From contig CAVURN010000002.1 of the NCBI GenBank assembly GCA_963743915.1, forward strand, positions 96,001 to 160,000: a stretch of 64,000 nucleotides of DNA, read 5' to 3'. Numbering within the stretch: position 1 is the first letter of the stretch; each line of letters begins with the position of its first letter. Under the pieces are notes generated by a model, which was given only the letters and a program-made list of their open reading frames with translations, had not been told where the DNA came from and ran no database searches. The DNA comes from an uncultured Actinomycetota bacterium (lineage in GTDB: Bacteria; Actinomycetota; Actinomycetes; JAHEKZ01). Both the position numbers and the translations under genes were made by a program. Shown in pieces: positions 1-12,275 of the stretch.

Positions 1-766
1 TGCCGACGGCGAGCTGGGCGGCCCGGTGGCGAAGAACCTTGCTGACGGTGAGCGGCTGGGGCTCGCCGAGGCCGTCGGGGCTGCTCCGGGCGACGCGGTC
101 TTCTTCGCAGCCGGCGACCGGCGGGCCGCGCTCGAGCTGCTGGGGGCGGCGCGGCTGGAGATCGGGCGTCGGTGTGAGCTGGTCGACGAGTCTGCATGGG
201 CGTTCCTGTGGGTGGTCGACGCGCCGATGTTCGAGCCCGACGGCGAAGGTGGCTGGACCGCCGTCCACCACCCGTTCACGGCGCCGAACGCCGACTGGCA
301 GGACGCCTTCGACGCCGATCCCGGACGTGCCCTCGCCTACGCGTACGACATGGTCCTCAACGGCAGTGAGATCGGCGGTGGGTCGATCCGTATCCATCGC
401 ACCGACGTGCAGCAGCGAGTCTTCGACGTGATCGGTCTGGAGCGGGACGAGGCCGACGCCAAGTTCGGGTTCCTGCTCGACGCCCTCCGCTACGGTCCAC
501 CACCGCATGGCGGGATCGCGTTCGGCCTCGACCGCCTCGTGGCGCTGCTCGCCGGGGCCAGCTCGATCCGCGAGGTGATCGCGTTCCCCAAGACCGCATC
601 CGGCGGCGACCCGCTCACGGGGGCGCCTTCGCCGATCACGCCCGCCCAGCGTGCGGAGGCAGGCGTCGACGCCACACCCGACCCCGACGAGGCGGCCCCT
701 GTGGCGAACAAGCCGGGCGGTGAGGCCCTGCTCGATCAACCTGGCCCCGACCAGCGTCGGGGATGA
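1..766 (+). CDS. aspS: Aspartate--tRNA ligase, C-terminal part (5' truncated by window)
   Basis: [24 protein letters not shown] and [12 protein letters not shown] motifs of AspRS. Confidence 0.97.
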   Translation, partial: ADGELGGPVAKNLADGERLGLAEAVGAAPGDAVFFAAGDRRAALELLGAARLEIGRRCELVDESAWAFLWVVDAPMFEPDGEGGWTAVHHPFTAPNADWQDAFDADPGRALAYAYDMVLNGSEIGGGSIRIHRTDVQQRVFDVIGLERDEADAKFGFLLDALRYGPPPHGGIAFGLDRLVALLAGASSIREVIAFPKTASGGDPLTGAPSPITPAQRAEAGVDATPDPDEAAPVANKPGGEALLDQPGPDQRRG

Positions 767-785
767 GCCCGCATAGGGTCGCACC

Positions 786-2141
786 ATGTCCTCTGGCCCC
801 GACCTCTTCGAGTCGGCTGCCGACGACCGGGGTGGTGGCCCCCTGGCCGCCCGGATGCGTCCGCAGTCGGTCGACGAGCTGGTCGGGCAGGAGCACCTGC
901 TGTCCGCCGGGTCGCCGCTCCGCCGGCTGGTCGAGGGTGACGCCCGGTCCGTCTCGCTGATCCTCTACGGACCTCCGGGCACGGGGAAGACCACACTGGC
1001 CCATCTGGTGAGCCGGGCCACGGGTCGCAGGTTCGCCGAGCTGTCGGCAGTGACCGCGGGAGTGAAGGACGTGCGTGCGGTCGTCGACGACGCTCGTCGC
1101 CGCCTCGGCATGGGCGAGGCGGAGACCGTGCTGTTCGTCGACGAGGTGCACCGGTTCTCCAAGACCCAGCAGGACGCACTCCTTCCCGCGGTCGAGAACG
1201 GCTGGGTGGTGCTCATCGCTGCCACGACGGAGAACCCGCACTTCGCGATCGTCGCGCCCCTGCTGTCGCGGTCGCTGCTCGTGACGCTGAGGCCGCTCGA
1301 CGCCGCCGCGCTCGAGACGTTGGTGCGGCGCGCCGTCACCGACGAGCGCGGTCTGGCCGGGGAGGTCGAGGTCACTGACGAGGCAGTCGAGGCGATCGTG
1401 CGTCTCGGCGGTGGGGACGCCCGCAAGTCACTCACGATCCTGGACGCCGCGGCCGCCGGTTCGGACGGAGTCATCGGCGCGGACGAGGTGGCGCGCGCCG
1501 TCGACCGGGCAGCGGTGCGGTACGACCGTGACGGCGACCAGCACTACGACGTGACGAGCGCCTTCATCAAGAGCATCCGCGGCAGCGACGTCGACGCCGC
1601 ACTCCACTACCTGGCGCGGATGATCGAAGCCGGCGAGGACCCACGATTCATCGCGCGGCGACTGGTGATCCATGCTTCCGAAGACATCGGGATGGCGGAT
1701 CCGACAGCGCTGCAGACCGCGGTGGCGGCACTGCATGCCTCTGCCTTCGTGGGGCTGCCCGAGGCTCGGATCCCGCTGGCCCAGGCGGTCATCCACCTGT
1801 CGACCGCACCGAAGTCGAACGCCGTGATCGTGGCGATCGACGCGGCGATCGATGACGTCCGACGGGGACGGATCGGGGCGGTGCCTGCGCCTCTGCGGGA
1901 CGCGCACTATCCGGGCGCGAAGACGCTCGGGGCGGGGCAGGGATACGCGTACCCCCACGACGACCCGCGCGGGGTGGTGCGCCAGCAGTACGCACCCGAA
2001 CCGGTCGTCGGTCGGCGGTACTACAGGCCGTCGCGCCACGGAGCCGAGGGCGCATTGTCCGAGCGGCTGGACAAGCTCCGTGCCCTCATCGACGGTCCGG
2101 GCGACGACGACCCCGACGGCCGGGCCCGCAGCGGGGACTGA
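786..2141 (+). CDS. rarA: Replication-associated recombination protein A (AAA+ ATPase)
   Basis: [40 protein letters not shown]. Confidence 0.95.
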   Translation: MSSGPDLFESAADDRGGGPLAARMRPQSVDELVGQEHLLSAGSPLRRLVEGDARSVSLILYGPPGTGKTTLAHLVSRATGRRFAELSAVTAGVKDVRAVVDDARRRLGMGEAETVLFVDEVHRFSKTQQDALLPAVENGWVVLIAATTENPHFAIVAPLLSRSLLVTLRPLDAAALETLVRRAVTDERGLAGEVEVTDEAVEAIVRLGGGDARKSLTILDAAAAGSDGVIGADEVARAVDRAAVRYDRDGDQHYDVTSAFIKSIRGSDVDAALHYLARMIEAGEDPRFIARRLVIHASEDIGMADPTALQTAVAALHASAFVGLPEARIPLAQAVIHLSTAPKSNAVIVAIDAAIDDVRRGRIGAVPAPLRDAHYPGAKTLGAGQGYAYPHDDPRGVVRQQYAPEPVVGRRYYRPSRHGAEGALSERLDKLRALIDGPGDDDPDGRARSGD

Positions 2142-2257
2142 CTCCGCACGCCCCGCGCGACCCGCCGGAAATGCGGTCGGGAGCCCACCGTCTCCTTCGG
2201 TAGGCTCGACGGTGTTCTGCGCCGCCACCCCAGATCTGCCCCGAGGAGTCGTTGTCC

Positions 2258-4927
<2,670 letters not shown>

Positions 4928-4931
4928 CCCG

Positions 4932-5429
4932 ATGAGCGGCGGCGCCCGGCAACGCGGGGTCTGGCTCGCGGTCGACCCTGGCGAGGTGCGCATCGGAGTG
5001 GCGGCCTGTGACCCCGAGCAGGTGCTCGCCTCGCCTGTGGTGACCGTGGCCCCTGGTGATGCCGTCGAGGCAGTGGTCTCACTGGTCGCCGATCGTGACG
5101 CGGCTGGCGTGGTGGTGGGGCTGGCCCTCTCGCTGTCCGGTGGTGAGGGAGCCGCCGCCGCGGCCGGGCGCCGCTGGGCCGGTCGGCTCGCTTCCCGGAT
5201 CTCCGAGCCGGTCTACCTGGTCGACGAGCGGCTCACCACGGTCAGTGCGAGCGCCAGCCTGCGCAGCGCCGGTCGCAGCGGGCGGAACGCCCGCGCTGTC
5301 GTCGACCAGGCTGCTGCGGCGGCGCTGCTGCAGGGCGTCCTGGACGCCGCGGCGTCCCGCGGCACCGACGTCGGAGCCGTGCTGGCCACCGGGCTCGGCG
5401 AGCGGGTGCCCGCGGGGGAGGTCTCGTGA
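4932..5429 (+). CDS. ruvX: RuvX/YqgF family nuclease
   Basis: AVDPGEVRIGVA, DERLTT, VDQAAA; alaS-ruvX-mltG order. Confidence 0.93.
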   Translation: MSGGARQRGVWLAVDPGEVRIGVAACDPEQVLASPVVTVAPGDAVEAVVSLVADRDAAGVVVGLALSLSGGEGAAAAAGRRWAGRLASRISEPVYLVDERLTTVSASASLRSAGRSGRNARAVVDQAAAAALLQGVLDAAASRGTDVGAVLATGLGERVPAGEVS

Positions 5430-6511
5430 CCGCGTCGACCGTGCATCCGCCGACCCGCAGACCACCCCGCCGCAACCCCGGTCACACGGCGGTCGTGGTG
5501 ATGGTGCTGCTCGCGCTGCTCGTCGGCGGTGCCTGGTTCGGCGTGCGCATCCTCGGGGATGCCCTCGGGGTGCTGGGGGGCGAGGACTACCCCGGACCTG
5601 GTAGTGGTGAGGTCGTGGTCGAGGTGTCTCCGGGCGACAGCACGTCAGCGATCGGCGAGACGCTCGAGGCGGCGGACGTCGTGGCGAGCAGCCAGGCGTT
5701 CGTCGACGTCGCGGCAGGCGACGAGCGGGCGCTCGGCATCCAGCCCGGCTCCTACACGATGCTGAAGCAGATGTCCGCGGAGGGCGCCCTGGAACGGCTC
5801 CTGGATCCCGCCTCCCGCGTCCAGACCGAGGTCGTGGTCCCGGAGGGGCTGCGCCTCAGCCAGGTCGTCGACCGGCTCGTCGCGGCGAGCGGCTTGCCGC
5901 CTGCCGACTTCGAGCGCGCCCTGCAGAGTCCTCGGGGCCTGGGCCTGCCGGAGTACGCGGACGGAGATGCGGAGGGCTTCCTGTTCCCCGCCACCTACAC
6001 ATTCGAACCTGACACCACGGCGCGCTCGATGCTCCGGCAGATGGTGCAACGGTTCGACCAGGCAGCGGCCGACGTCGGTCTGGTCGAGGGTGCGGCCGCG
6101 GCCGGGTACACCCCTCGCGAGGCGCTGACCATCGCCAGCCTGGTCCAGGCGGAGGTGGTCGAGCCGGACTTCGGCAAGGCATCCCGCGTGGTCGCCAACC
6201 GCCTGGCGGTCGGGATGAAGCTGCAGTTCGACTCGACGGTGAACTACGCCCTGGGTGAGGACGACCTGACGCTCGAGGACGATCAGCTCGCGACCGACTC
6301 GCCGTACAACACCTACCTGTACGCGGGGTTGCCGCCGGGTCCCATCAACTCACCGGGGGAGGCGGCGATGCGCGCGGCGATCGCACCGCCTCCCGGTGAC
6401 TGGGTCTACTTCATCGCGGTGTCGCCCGACAGCGACGCCACGCGGTTCACCGCCGACTACGACGAGTTCCTGCAGTGGAAGCGGGAGTTCTACGCGCAGG
6501 ACCCACCGTGA
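5426..6511 (+). CDS. mltG: Endolytic transglycosylase MltG
   Basis: N-terminal TM, EGFLFPATY, IASLVQAE, SPYNTY, GLPPGPI. Confidence 0.95.
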   Translation: MTASTVHPPTRRPPRRNPGHTAVVVMVLLALLVGGAWFGVRILGDALGVLGGEDYPGPGSGEVVVEVSPGDSTSAIGETLEAADVVASSQAFVDVAAGDERALGIQPGSYTMLKQMSAEGALERLLDPASRVQTEVVVPEGLRLSQVVDRLVAASGLPPADFERALQSPRGLGLPEYADGDAEGFLFPATYTFEPDTTARSMLRQMVQRFDQAAADVGLVEGAAAAGYTPREALTIASLVQAEVVEPDFGKASRVVANRLAVGMKLQFDSTVNYALGEDDLTLEDDQLATDSPYNTYLYAGLPPGPINSPGEAAMRAAIAPPPGDWVYFIAVSPDSDATRFTADYDEFLQWKREFYAQDPP

Positions 6512-7353
6512 TGCGGGCGGCGGTCCTCGGGCATCCGATCGCCCACTCGCTGTCCCCCGTGCTCCACCGCCGCGCCTACGACGAGCTCGGGCTCGACTGG
6601 GACTACCAGGCCGTCGACCTCACGGCCGACCAGCTTCCCGGATTCCTCGACTCGCTCGACGCCACCTGGGTCGGCCTCTCGCTCACCATGCCGTTGAAGG
6701 AGGCGGTGCTGCCCCTGCTCGACGACGTCGAGCCCTGGGCGGCGGTCACTGCTGCGGTCAACACGGTGCTGCTCGCCGACGGTCGTCGGCAGGGCATCAA
6801 CACCGACGTCACCGGGCTCCGCGGCATCCTGCGGGACAGCGGGGCGGTCAGCGCACCTCGTGCCCTTGTCATCGGCGCCGGCGCGACCGCCCGCTCAGCG
6901 GTCGCCGCGCTCGCCGCCGAAGGTGCCGGCTCGGTGGCGGTCAGCGCGCGCCGGTCTGATGCGGTCGAGGACCTGCGCAGCCATCTGTCCGCGCTGTCCG
7001 ACGTGCTCGGGCGCCCGCGTCCGACGATCGACGCCGAGGTCTGGCCGCCCCGGCTCCACACGTGGGACGTGGTGATCAGCACGGTGCCCGCCCGGGCCTT
7101 CGACGACAGCGCGGAGCTTCCCAGCAAGCCCTCCGGCGTCCTGCTCGACGTCATCTACGACCCCTGGCCCACGCCGCTGGCCATCGGCTGGGAGCGTGCG
7201 GGTGGCCACGTCGTCGGCGGACTCGAGCTGCTGGTCCGGCAGGCGGTCGAGCAGGTCGCGCTGATGACCGGGCGGCGCCCCACTGCCGGGCTCATGCGCG
7301 CCGCGGGGGAGTCCGTCCTGCGGTCCCGGAGATTCGCTCAAGAGGAGCAGTGA
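6508..7353 (+). CDS. aroE: Shikimate dehydrogenase
   Basis: GHPIAHSLSP, SLTMPLK, NTD, GAGATA. Confidence 0.94.
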   Translation: MMRAAVLGHPIAHSLSPVLHRRAYDELGLDWDYQAVDLTADQLPGFLDSLDATWVGLSLTMPLKEAVLPLLDDVEPWAAVTAAVNTVLLADGRRQGINTDVTGLRGILRDSGAVSAPRALVIGAGATARSAVAALAAEGAGSVAVSARRSDAVEDLRSHLSALSDVLGRPRPTIDAEVWPPRLHTWDVVISTVPARAFDDSAELPSKPSGVLLDVIYDPWPTPLAIGWERAGGHVVGGLELLVRQAVEQVALMTGRRPTAGLMRAAGESVLRSRRFAQEEQ

Positions 7354-7363
7354 CCCGGCCGAA
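7337..7363 (+). promoter_or_regulatory. FliA/WhiG (sigma28)-type promoter 1, upstream of the roadblock-DUF4388-GTPase operon
   Basis: CTCA(7337)-N17-GCCGAA(7358). Confidence 0.75.
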
Positions 7364-7437
7364 GCACCTTCAGAAGGTCCGGTGGGTGCTCTGGTGGGCC
7401 CCGGCGGACGACGCGGTTCGACCACTCGAGGTGCACC

Positions 7438-8174
7438 ATGTCAGACCCCTACGTCTCCGCCGTGAGCGGGGCTGCCGGACGTTCGACCCAGCTCGACCAG
7501 GTGCTGGGGACCCTGCTGCGTCAGGCACCGGACGTCGAGGCGGCTGCCGTGGTCTCGTTCGACGGCCTGCCCATGGCCTCGGCGTTGCCCGCCGGGATGG
7601 ACGAGGACCGAGTGGCCGCCATGTCGGCTGCCCTGCTCAGCCTCGGTGAACGTGCCGCCCAGGGCCTCGGTCGCGGCGACCTCTCGCAGGTCTACGTCGA
7701 GGGCGACTCGGGGACCGTCTTCCTGGTGAGCGCCGACGACGAGGCGGTTCTCGTCGCCGTGGCCCGGGCGGGGGCGAAGGTCGGCCTGATGCTCTTCGAG
7801 GTCAAGCAGGCCGCCGAGGCGGTCGCCACCGTGCTGCGGATCGAGGCGGACCCGCTTCCCCCGCTGGTGGTCGCCCCCACGGCCCCGCCGGTGCAGCAGC
7901 CCGTCCAGGAGCAGGTGCAGCAGCAGCCCACCCAGCAGGCCACGTGCCGCAGCCCGTCCAGGAGCAGGTGCAGGAGCAGCCGGTCCCCGTGGCCCAGACG
8001 GCGCACGACACCGACCCGCGATCGAACGGTCACGTGGCACCCGTGCCTCAGCCGACCCCCGCGCTCGAGCCGGACCCGCTCGGGGACCCGGTGCTGGAGT
8101 CCTCCTGGGACGCCGACCGGGCGCGGGACCGCCGTCCGGCGACCGTCGCCCCCGACGGGAGTGCCTGGTCCTAG
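7438..8174 (+). CDS. Roadblock/LC7 (MglB-like) protein with Q/P-rich C-terminal tail; probable frameshift near 7940
   Basis: AAAVVSFDGLPMAS, DRVAAMSAALLSLGERAA roadblock signature; tail continues in the 7944..8174 frame. Confidence 0.85.
7896..7973 (+). repeat. 25-bp direct repeat within the roadblock tail (QPVQEQVQ twice)
   Basis: gcagcccgtccaggagcaggtgcag at 7896-7920 and 7949-7973. Confidence 0.85.
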
Positions 8175-8239
8175 CCCGGGCTCCGGTGCCCGACCCCCTG
8201 ACCCCCGCCCGCACCTGTACCCGAGGAACGTGAACTGAC

Positions 8240-9469
8240 GTGAAGCTCGAAGGTTCGCTCGACGCCTTCAGTCTTCCGGACGTCTTCCAGCTGCTCAGCC
8301 TGACGAAGAAGTCCGGGGGACTTCACCTGACCAACGGTCAGGTCTCAGGCGTGGTGTATTTCGCCGGAGGCGCCGTGACCGGCGCCTCGTCCGACGCTTC
8401 CCGCCAGGCGCTGGCACGGCGCCTGGTCGGCCTGGGGGCAGCCGACGACGCGGCCCTACGGCGCGCCGTGGAGCGTGCGGCCGCGGACGGTGCCGGTGTG
8501 ACGCGGGCACTCGTCGAGGCCGGCGCCGTCGATCCCTCCGTCGTCCAGCGTCTGGCGCTCCAGCAGGTGGTCGATGCGGTGTTCGACCTGCTCCGGTGGC
8601 CGAACGGGGACTTCTCCTTCGCCATGGGCGAGGAGAACCCCGACGAGGTCGGCCTCTCGGTGCCCGCCGACCAGGTCGTCGGTGAGGCGGCCGCGCGTCG
8701 GGAGAGCTGGGAGTCGCTGTCCCGGCTGATCCCGAGCCCGGACGTGGTGCTCACCATGCCCGTGGTCGTGCCCGAAGGCACCACCGTCGCCCAGGACGAG
8801 TGGGCGCTGCTCTCCCTCGTCGACGGGGTGCGTCCCGTGGGTGAGCTCGTGGACGTCTCCGGGGCGGGACAGTTCGCAGTCGTCTCGACGCTCGGGGCGC
8901 TCCTGCAGCGGGGGCTGCTGGCGATCCGGGACGAGGAGTCCCCCGACCACATCGCGCTGGTCCGGCGGCGGCAGCAGCTGCTCGCCCCGCTGGAAGGCGG
9001 AGCCGAGGCGCCACCTGAGCCGGCCATGCCCGCCGCGGTGCCCTCCACCGATCCTGCCCCCCTCCCTTCAGGCCCGGTCGGCACCGTCGGCCTGCCCGCC
9101 TCACCTACCGCAGCCGCGGCCGCACCCCCGGCCGCCCCGGCGACCGCGCCGCTGGCCCCGGCAGCGTCCGCCGATCCCGGCGTCCTCCCGGGTGCGCACG
9201 ACCCCGCGGGCGTCGTGCCGCCCCGTCCTGAGCCGTTCCTGCCCAGACGCGAGGTCGACCACCCGGAGCCGGCCCGCGCGCCGTCCTTCGGAGCGCCCTC
9301 GGCAGGAGGGGCTCCTGTCTCGCCGCCGCTCACCGCACCGGCGGGTGCCACCGGCACCGTGGGCACGGCCACCGCAGCCCAGCCGGTGGCCGAGAGCGCC
9401 ATCGAACGTGATCCGACCGTCAACCGCAGCCTGATGCTGCGTCTCATCGCCGGTGTGCGGGGGCTCTAG
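8240..9469 (+). CDS. DUF4388 (PatA-N-like) domain protein with Pro/Ala linker and C-terminal helix
   Basis: LEGSLDAFSLPDVFQLLSLTKKSGGL start and WPNGDFSF are typical of DUF4388. Confidence 0.8.
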   Translation: MKLEGSLDAFSLPDVFQLLSLTKKSGGLHLTNGQVSGVVYFAGGAVTGASSDASRQALARRLVGLGAADDAALRRAVERAAADGAGVTRALVEAGAVDPSVVQRLALQQVVDAVFDLLRWPNGDFSFAMGEENPDEVGLSVPADQVVGEAAARRESWESLSRLIPSPDVVLTMPVVVPEGTTVAQDEWALLSLVDGVRPVGELVDVSGAGQFAVVSTLGALLQRGLLAIRDEESPDHIALVRRRQQLLAPLEGGAEAPPEPAMPAAVPSTDPAPLPSGPVGTVGLPASPTAAAAAPPAAPATAPLAPAASADPGVLPGAHDPAGVVPPRPEPFLPRREVDHPEPARAPSFGAPSAGGAPVSPPLTAPAGATGTVGTATAAQPVAESAIERDPTVNRSLMLRLIAGVRGL

Positions 9470-10045
9470 ATGGCAACGAAGCAGCGACGCAGGCACGGTG
9501 GACAGGCCGTCAAGGTCGTCATCACCGGGCCGTTCGCGGCCGGAAAGACCACCCTGATCCGGACGATCAGCGAGATCACCGTGCTCTCGACCGAGCGTGG
9601 TATCTCCGACCACACCCGGAGCCGCAAGAACGAGACCACGGTCGCGATGGACTTCGGCCGGATCACCATCGACCGCGAGCTCGTGCTGTACCTGTTCGGA
9701 ACGCCCGGGCAGGAGCGGTTCGACTTCATGTGGGAGATCCTCGGCGAGGGCATGCTCGGCTACGTGCTGCTGCTCGACGCCAACCGGCCCGAGTCGCTCG
9801 CGGAGGCCGTCGGGATCCTCGACGCCTTCCGGCGGATGGCCCGCGTTCCCTTCGTCGTGGCCCTGAACCGGACCGAGGGTGTCGACGAGGTCGAGGAGGC
9901 CCGGATCCGTCAGGCGCTCTCGCTGGACGCGGCCGTGCCCCTGGTCCCGTGCGACGCCACCGACAAGGAGTCGGTCAAGGCAGTGCTGCTGGCCCTGCTG
10001 TACGCCGTGCTCGACGAGGTCGAGACCGCCAAGGCCGGGGTCTAG
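9470..10045 (+). CDS. MglA-family small Ras-like GTPase
   Basis: G1 GPFAAGKTT, G2 TTVAMDFG, G3 GTPGQ, degenerate G4 NRTE, G5 CDA. Confidence 0.9.
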   Translation: MATKQRRRHGGQAVKVVITGPFAAGKTTLIRTISEITVLSTERGISDHTRSRKNETTVAMDFGRITIDRELVLYLFGTPGQERFDFMWEILGEGMLGYVLLLDANRPESLAEAVGILDAFRRMARVPFVVALNRTEGVDEVEEARIRQALSLDAAVPLVPCDATDKESVKAVLLALLYAVLDEVETAKAGV

Positions 10046-10057
10046 TCCGAGCCGGTC

Positions 10058-10336
10058 ATGCTGTGGACCAGGCGGCGTGTCCGCGAGCCGCGAGGACGAC
10101 ACCGGGCCGCGGCGACGACAGCCGTCCCGCCGGTCCCGGTCTCTCCCGTCCCGGTCCCAGCCGGCCGCCGTGCCAGCCGCCGCCCCGTCCTTGCGCCGCA
10201 CGTTCCCGCGTCGACCCCGGTCGAGCCTGGAAGCGGCGTCCACCTCGGCTTCGCCGACGGCTCGGCGCTGGAGCTGGGGTCGGGGGACCCGCGGGTCGGC
10301 GCGTTCCGCGCCGTCGCCCGGACCCTGCGCGGCTGA
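10058..10336 (+). CDS. Small hypothetical protein
   Basis: Co-oriented ORF 12 bp after the GTPase; ordered-looking C-terminus VHLGFADGSALEL...AFRAVARTL. Confidence 0.55.
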   Translation: MLWTRRRVREPRGRHRAAATTAVPPVPVSPVPVPAGRRASRRPVLAPHVPASTPVEPGSGVHLGFADGSALELGSGDPRVGAFRAVARTLRG

Positions 10337-10372
10337 GGCTGCGCGGCTGATGCTGCGCGGTTGACCCCGCGG

Positions 10373-10398
10373 CTCAAGGGAGCCGCGACGGCGCCGAT
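10373..10398 (+). promoter_or_regulatory. FliA/WhiG-type promoter 2, upstream of pilB
   Basis: CTCA(10373)-N16-GCCGAT(10393). Confidence 0.8.
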
Positions 10399-10467
10399 CT
10401 AGACAACGACGTCGGCACCTCCGGGGCGCACCCGCCTCGGTCGCAGCCGTGCGGGGAGGACACGCGC

Positions 10468-12135
10468 GTGAAGCAGCTGGGCGACATCCTGTTGCAGGAC
10501 GGTCTGGTCACCGAGGACCAGCTCTTTGCTGCGTTCCAGGAGCACAAGGAGCAGGGCAAGGCGCTGGGCCGGGTGCTCGTCGACCGTGGGTTCCTCACCG
10601 AGTCCCAGCTCGTCGCGGCCCTGGCCCAGCAGATCGGGCTCGAGTTCGTCGACCTGGCGGACTACCCGGTCGACGGCAGCATGATCGCCCGGGTGTCAGG
10701 GGCGATCTGCCGGAAGCACTCGGCGTTGCCGCTGCGGGCCGACGACGAGGGCAAGCTCATGCTCGCCATGGCCGACCCTGCGAACGTGTTCGCCATCGAC
10801 GACATCCGTTCCCTGACCGGGATGGACATCCGGCCGGTCGTGGCGACGCGCGCCGACGTGATCGCGGCCATCGACCGGTACTACCGGGCGGACTCGGAGA
10901 TCGACGACCTCACCGCGGCGATGGACAACGCCGACGACGACGAGGACCTGTCCAACCTCAAGGAGGTCGTCGAGGACGCCCCCATCGTCAGGTTCGTGAA
11001 CCTGCTGATCACGCAGGCGATCCAGGACCGCGCGTCCGACATCCACCTCGAACCGGGGGAGCACGCGCTGGTCGTGCGCTACCGGATCGACGGTGTCCTG
11101 AAAGACGTCATGAAGTCTCCGAAGAACATCCAGTCGGGCGTGATCAGCCGGCTGAAGATCATGTCGGACATCAACATCGCCGAGCGCCGGGTTCCGCAGG
11201 ACGGTCGGCTCTCGGTGACGCACCAGGGCAAGAAGATCGACCTCCGCGTGGCGACGTTGCCCACGGTCTGGGGCGAGAAGGTCGTCATGCGCATCCTGGA
11301 CAACTCGACGGCGCGGATGGAGCTGTCCGACCTCGGCTTCTCCGCCCTCAACTACGACATCTACTCGAAGAGCTTCATCAAGCCCTACGGGATGATCCTG
11401 GTGACCGGTCCCACCGGCTCCGGTAAGTCCACGACGCTCTATGCGACGCTGAACCAGATCGCGCGGCCCGAGGTCAACGTGATCACGGTGGAGGACCCGG
11501 TGGAGTACCGGCTCCCGGGCATCAACCAGGTGCAGACCAACGTCAAGGCAGGGCTGACGTTCGCGGCCGCCCTCCGGTCCATCCTGCGCTGTGACCCCGA
11601 CATCGTGCTGATCGGTGAGATCCGCGACCACGAGACGGCGCAGATCGCCGTCGAGGCGGCCCTGACCGGCCACCTGGTGCTCTCCACGCTGCACACCAAC
11701 GACGCCCCCTCGGCGGTCACCCGCCTGACCGAGATGGGTCTGGAACCGTTCCTCGTGGGCTCTGCCCTGGACTGCGTGCTCGCCCAGCGCCTGGCCCGCA
11801 GGCTCTGCAGCAAGTGCAAGGAGCCGTACGAGCCCTCGGCGGAGGCGCTGCTGACCGCCGGCTTCCCCTGGGAGGAAGGCACACCGCTGCCCACGCTGTA
11901 CCGCGCCGCTGGCTGCTCGGCCTGCTCCAAGACCGGGTACCGGGGTCGACTGGCCCTGCACGAGGTCATGGCGGTCTCCGAGACCATCGAGCGGCACGCC
12001 GTCGAGCACGCCTCAGCCACGGTCATCGCGCAGACAGCGAGGGACGAGGGCATGCGCACACTCCGCGATGACGGGATGCTGAAGGCCGCCGACGGGATCA
12101 CCACGATCGACGAGATCCTCCGCGTCGTCGTCTGA
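10468..12135 (+). CDS. pilB: Type IV pilus extension ATPase PilB with N-terminal MshEN-like domain
   Basis: ASDIH, RYRIDG, PQDGR, GPTGSGKST, GEIRD, STLHTN, two CxxC pairs; LGxxLxxxG repeats at N-terminus. Confidence 0.95.
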   Translation: MKQLGDILLQDGLVTEDQLFAAFQEHKEQGKALGRVLVDRGFLTESQLVAALAQQIGLEFVDLADYPVDGSMIARVSGAICRKHSALPLRADDEGKLMLAMADPANVFAIDDIRSLTGMDIRPVVATRADVIAAIDRYYRADSEIDDLTAAMDNADDDEDLSNLKEVVEDAPIVRFVNLLITQAIQDRASDIHLEPGEHALVVRYRIDGVLKDVMKSPKNIQSGVISRLKIMSDINIAERRVPQDGRLSVTHQGKKIDLRVATLPTVWGEKVVMRILDNSTARMELSDLGFSALNYDIYSKSFIKPYGMILVTGPTGSGKSTTLYATLNQIARPEVNVITVEDPVEYRLPGINQVQTNVKAGLTFAAALRSILRCDPDIVLIGEIRDHETAQIAVEAALTGHLVLSTLHTNDAPSAVTRLTEMGLEPFLVGSALDCVLAQRLARRLCSKCKEPYEPSAEALLTAGFPWEEGTPLPTLYRAAGCSACSKTGYRGRLALHEVMAVSETIERHAVEHASATVIAQTARDEGMRTLRDDGMLKAADGITTIDEILRVVV

Positions 12136-12180
12136 ACCAGCCACCGTTCGACCCGGTCGGACTAGTTCTCCTTGAGTCGG

Positions 12181-12207
12181 CTCAAGGGGTGACCCCCACA
12201 GGCCGAT
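12181..12207 (+). promoter_or_regulatory. FliA/WhiG-type promoter 3, upstream of pilT
   Basis: CTCA(12181)-N17-GCCGAT(12202). Confidence 0.8.
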
Positions 12208-12275
12208 GGTCGCTACAGGAGCACCACTGACGAGGTGGTGCACGTGGTGCGACGGCGCCCAAGGAGGCAACACTC

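Noticed and set aside
7438-10045. Classical Streptomyces-type conservon
   Set aside because: No sensor kinase (CvnA) or DUF742 (CvnC); DUF4388 is present instead.
12170-12187. Inverted repeat CCTTGAG-TCGG-CTCAAGG as antisense sigma28 promoter or shared operator
   Set aside because: No correctly spaced -10 on the minus strand, and similar inverted repeats at other promoters have inconsistent spacing.
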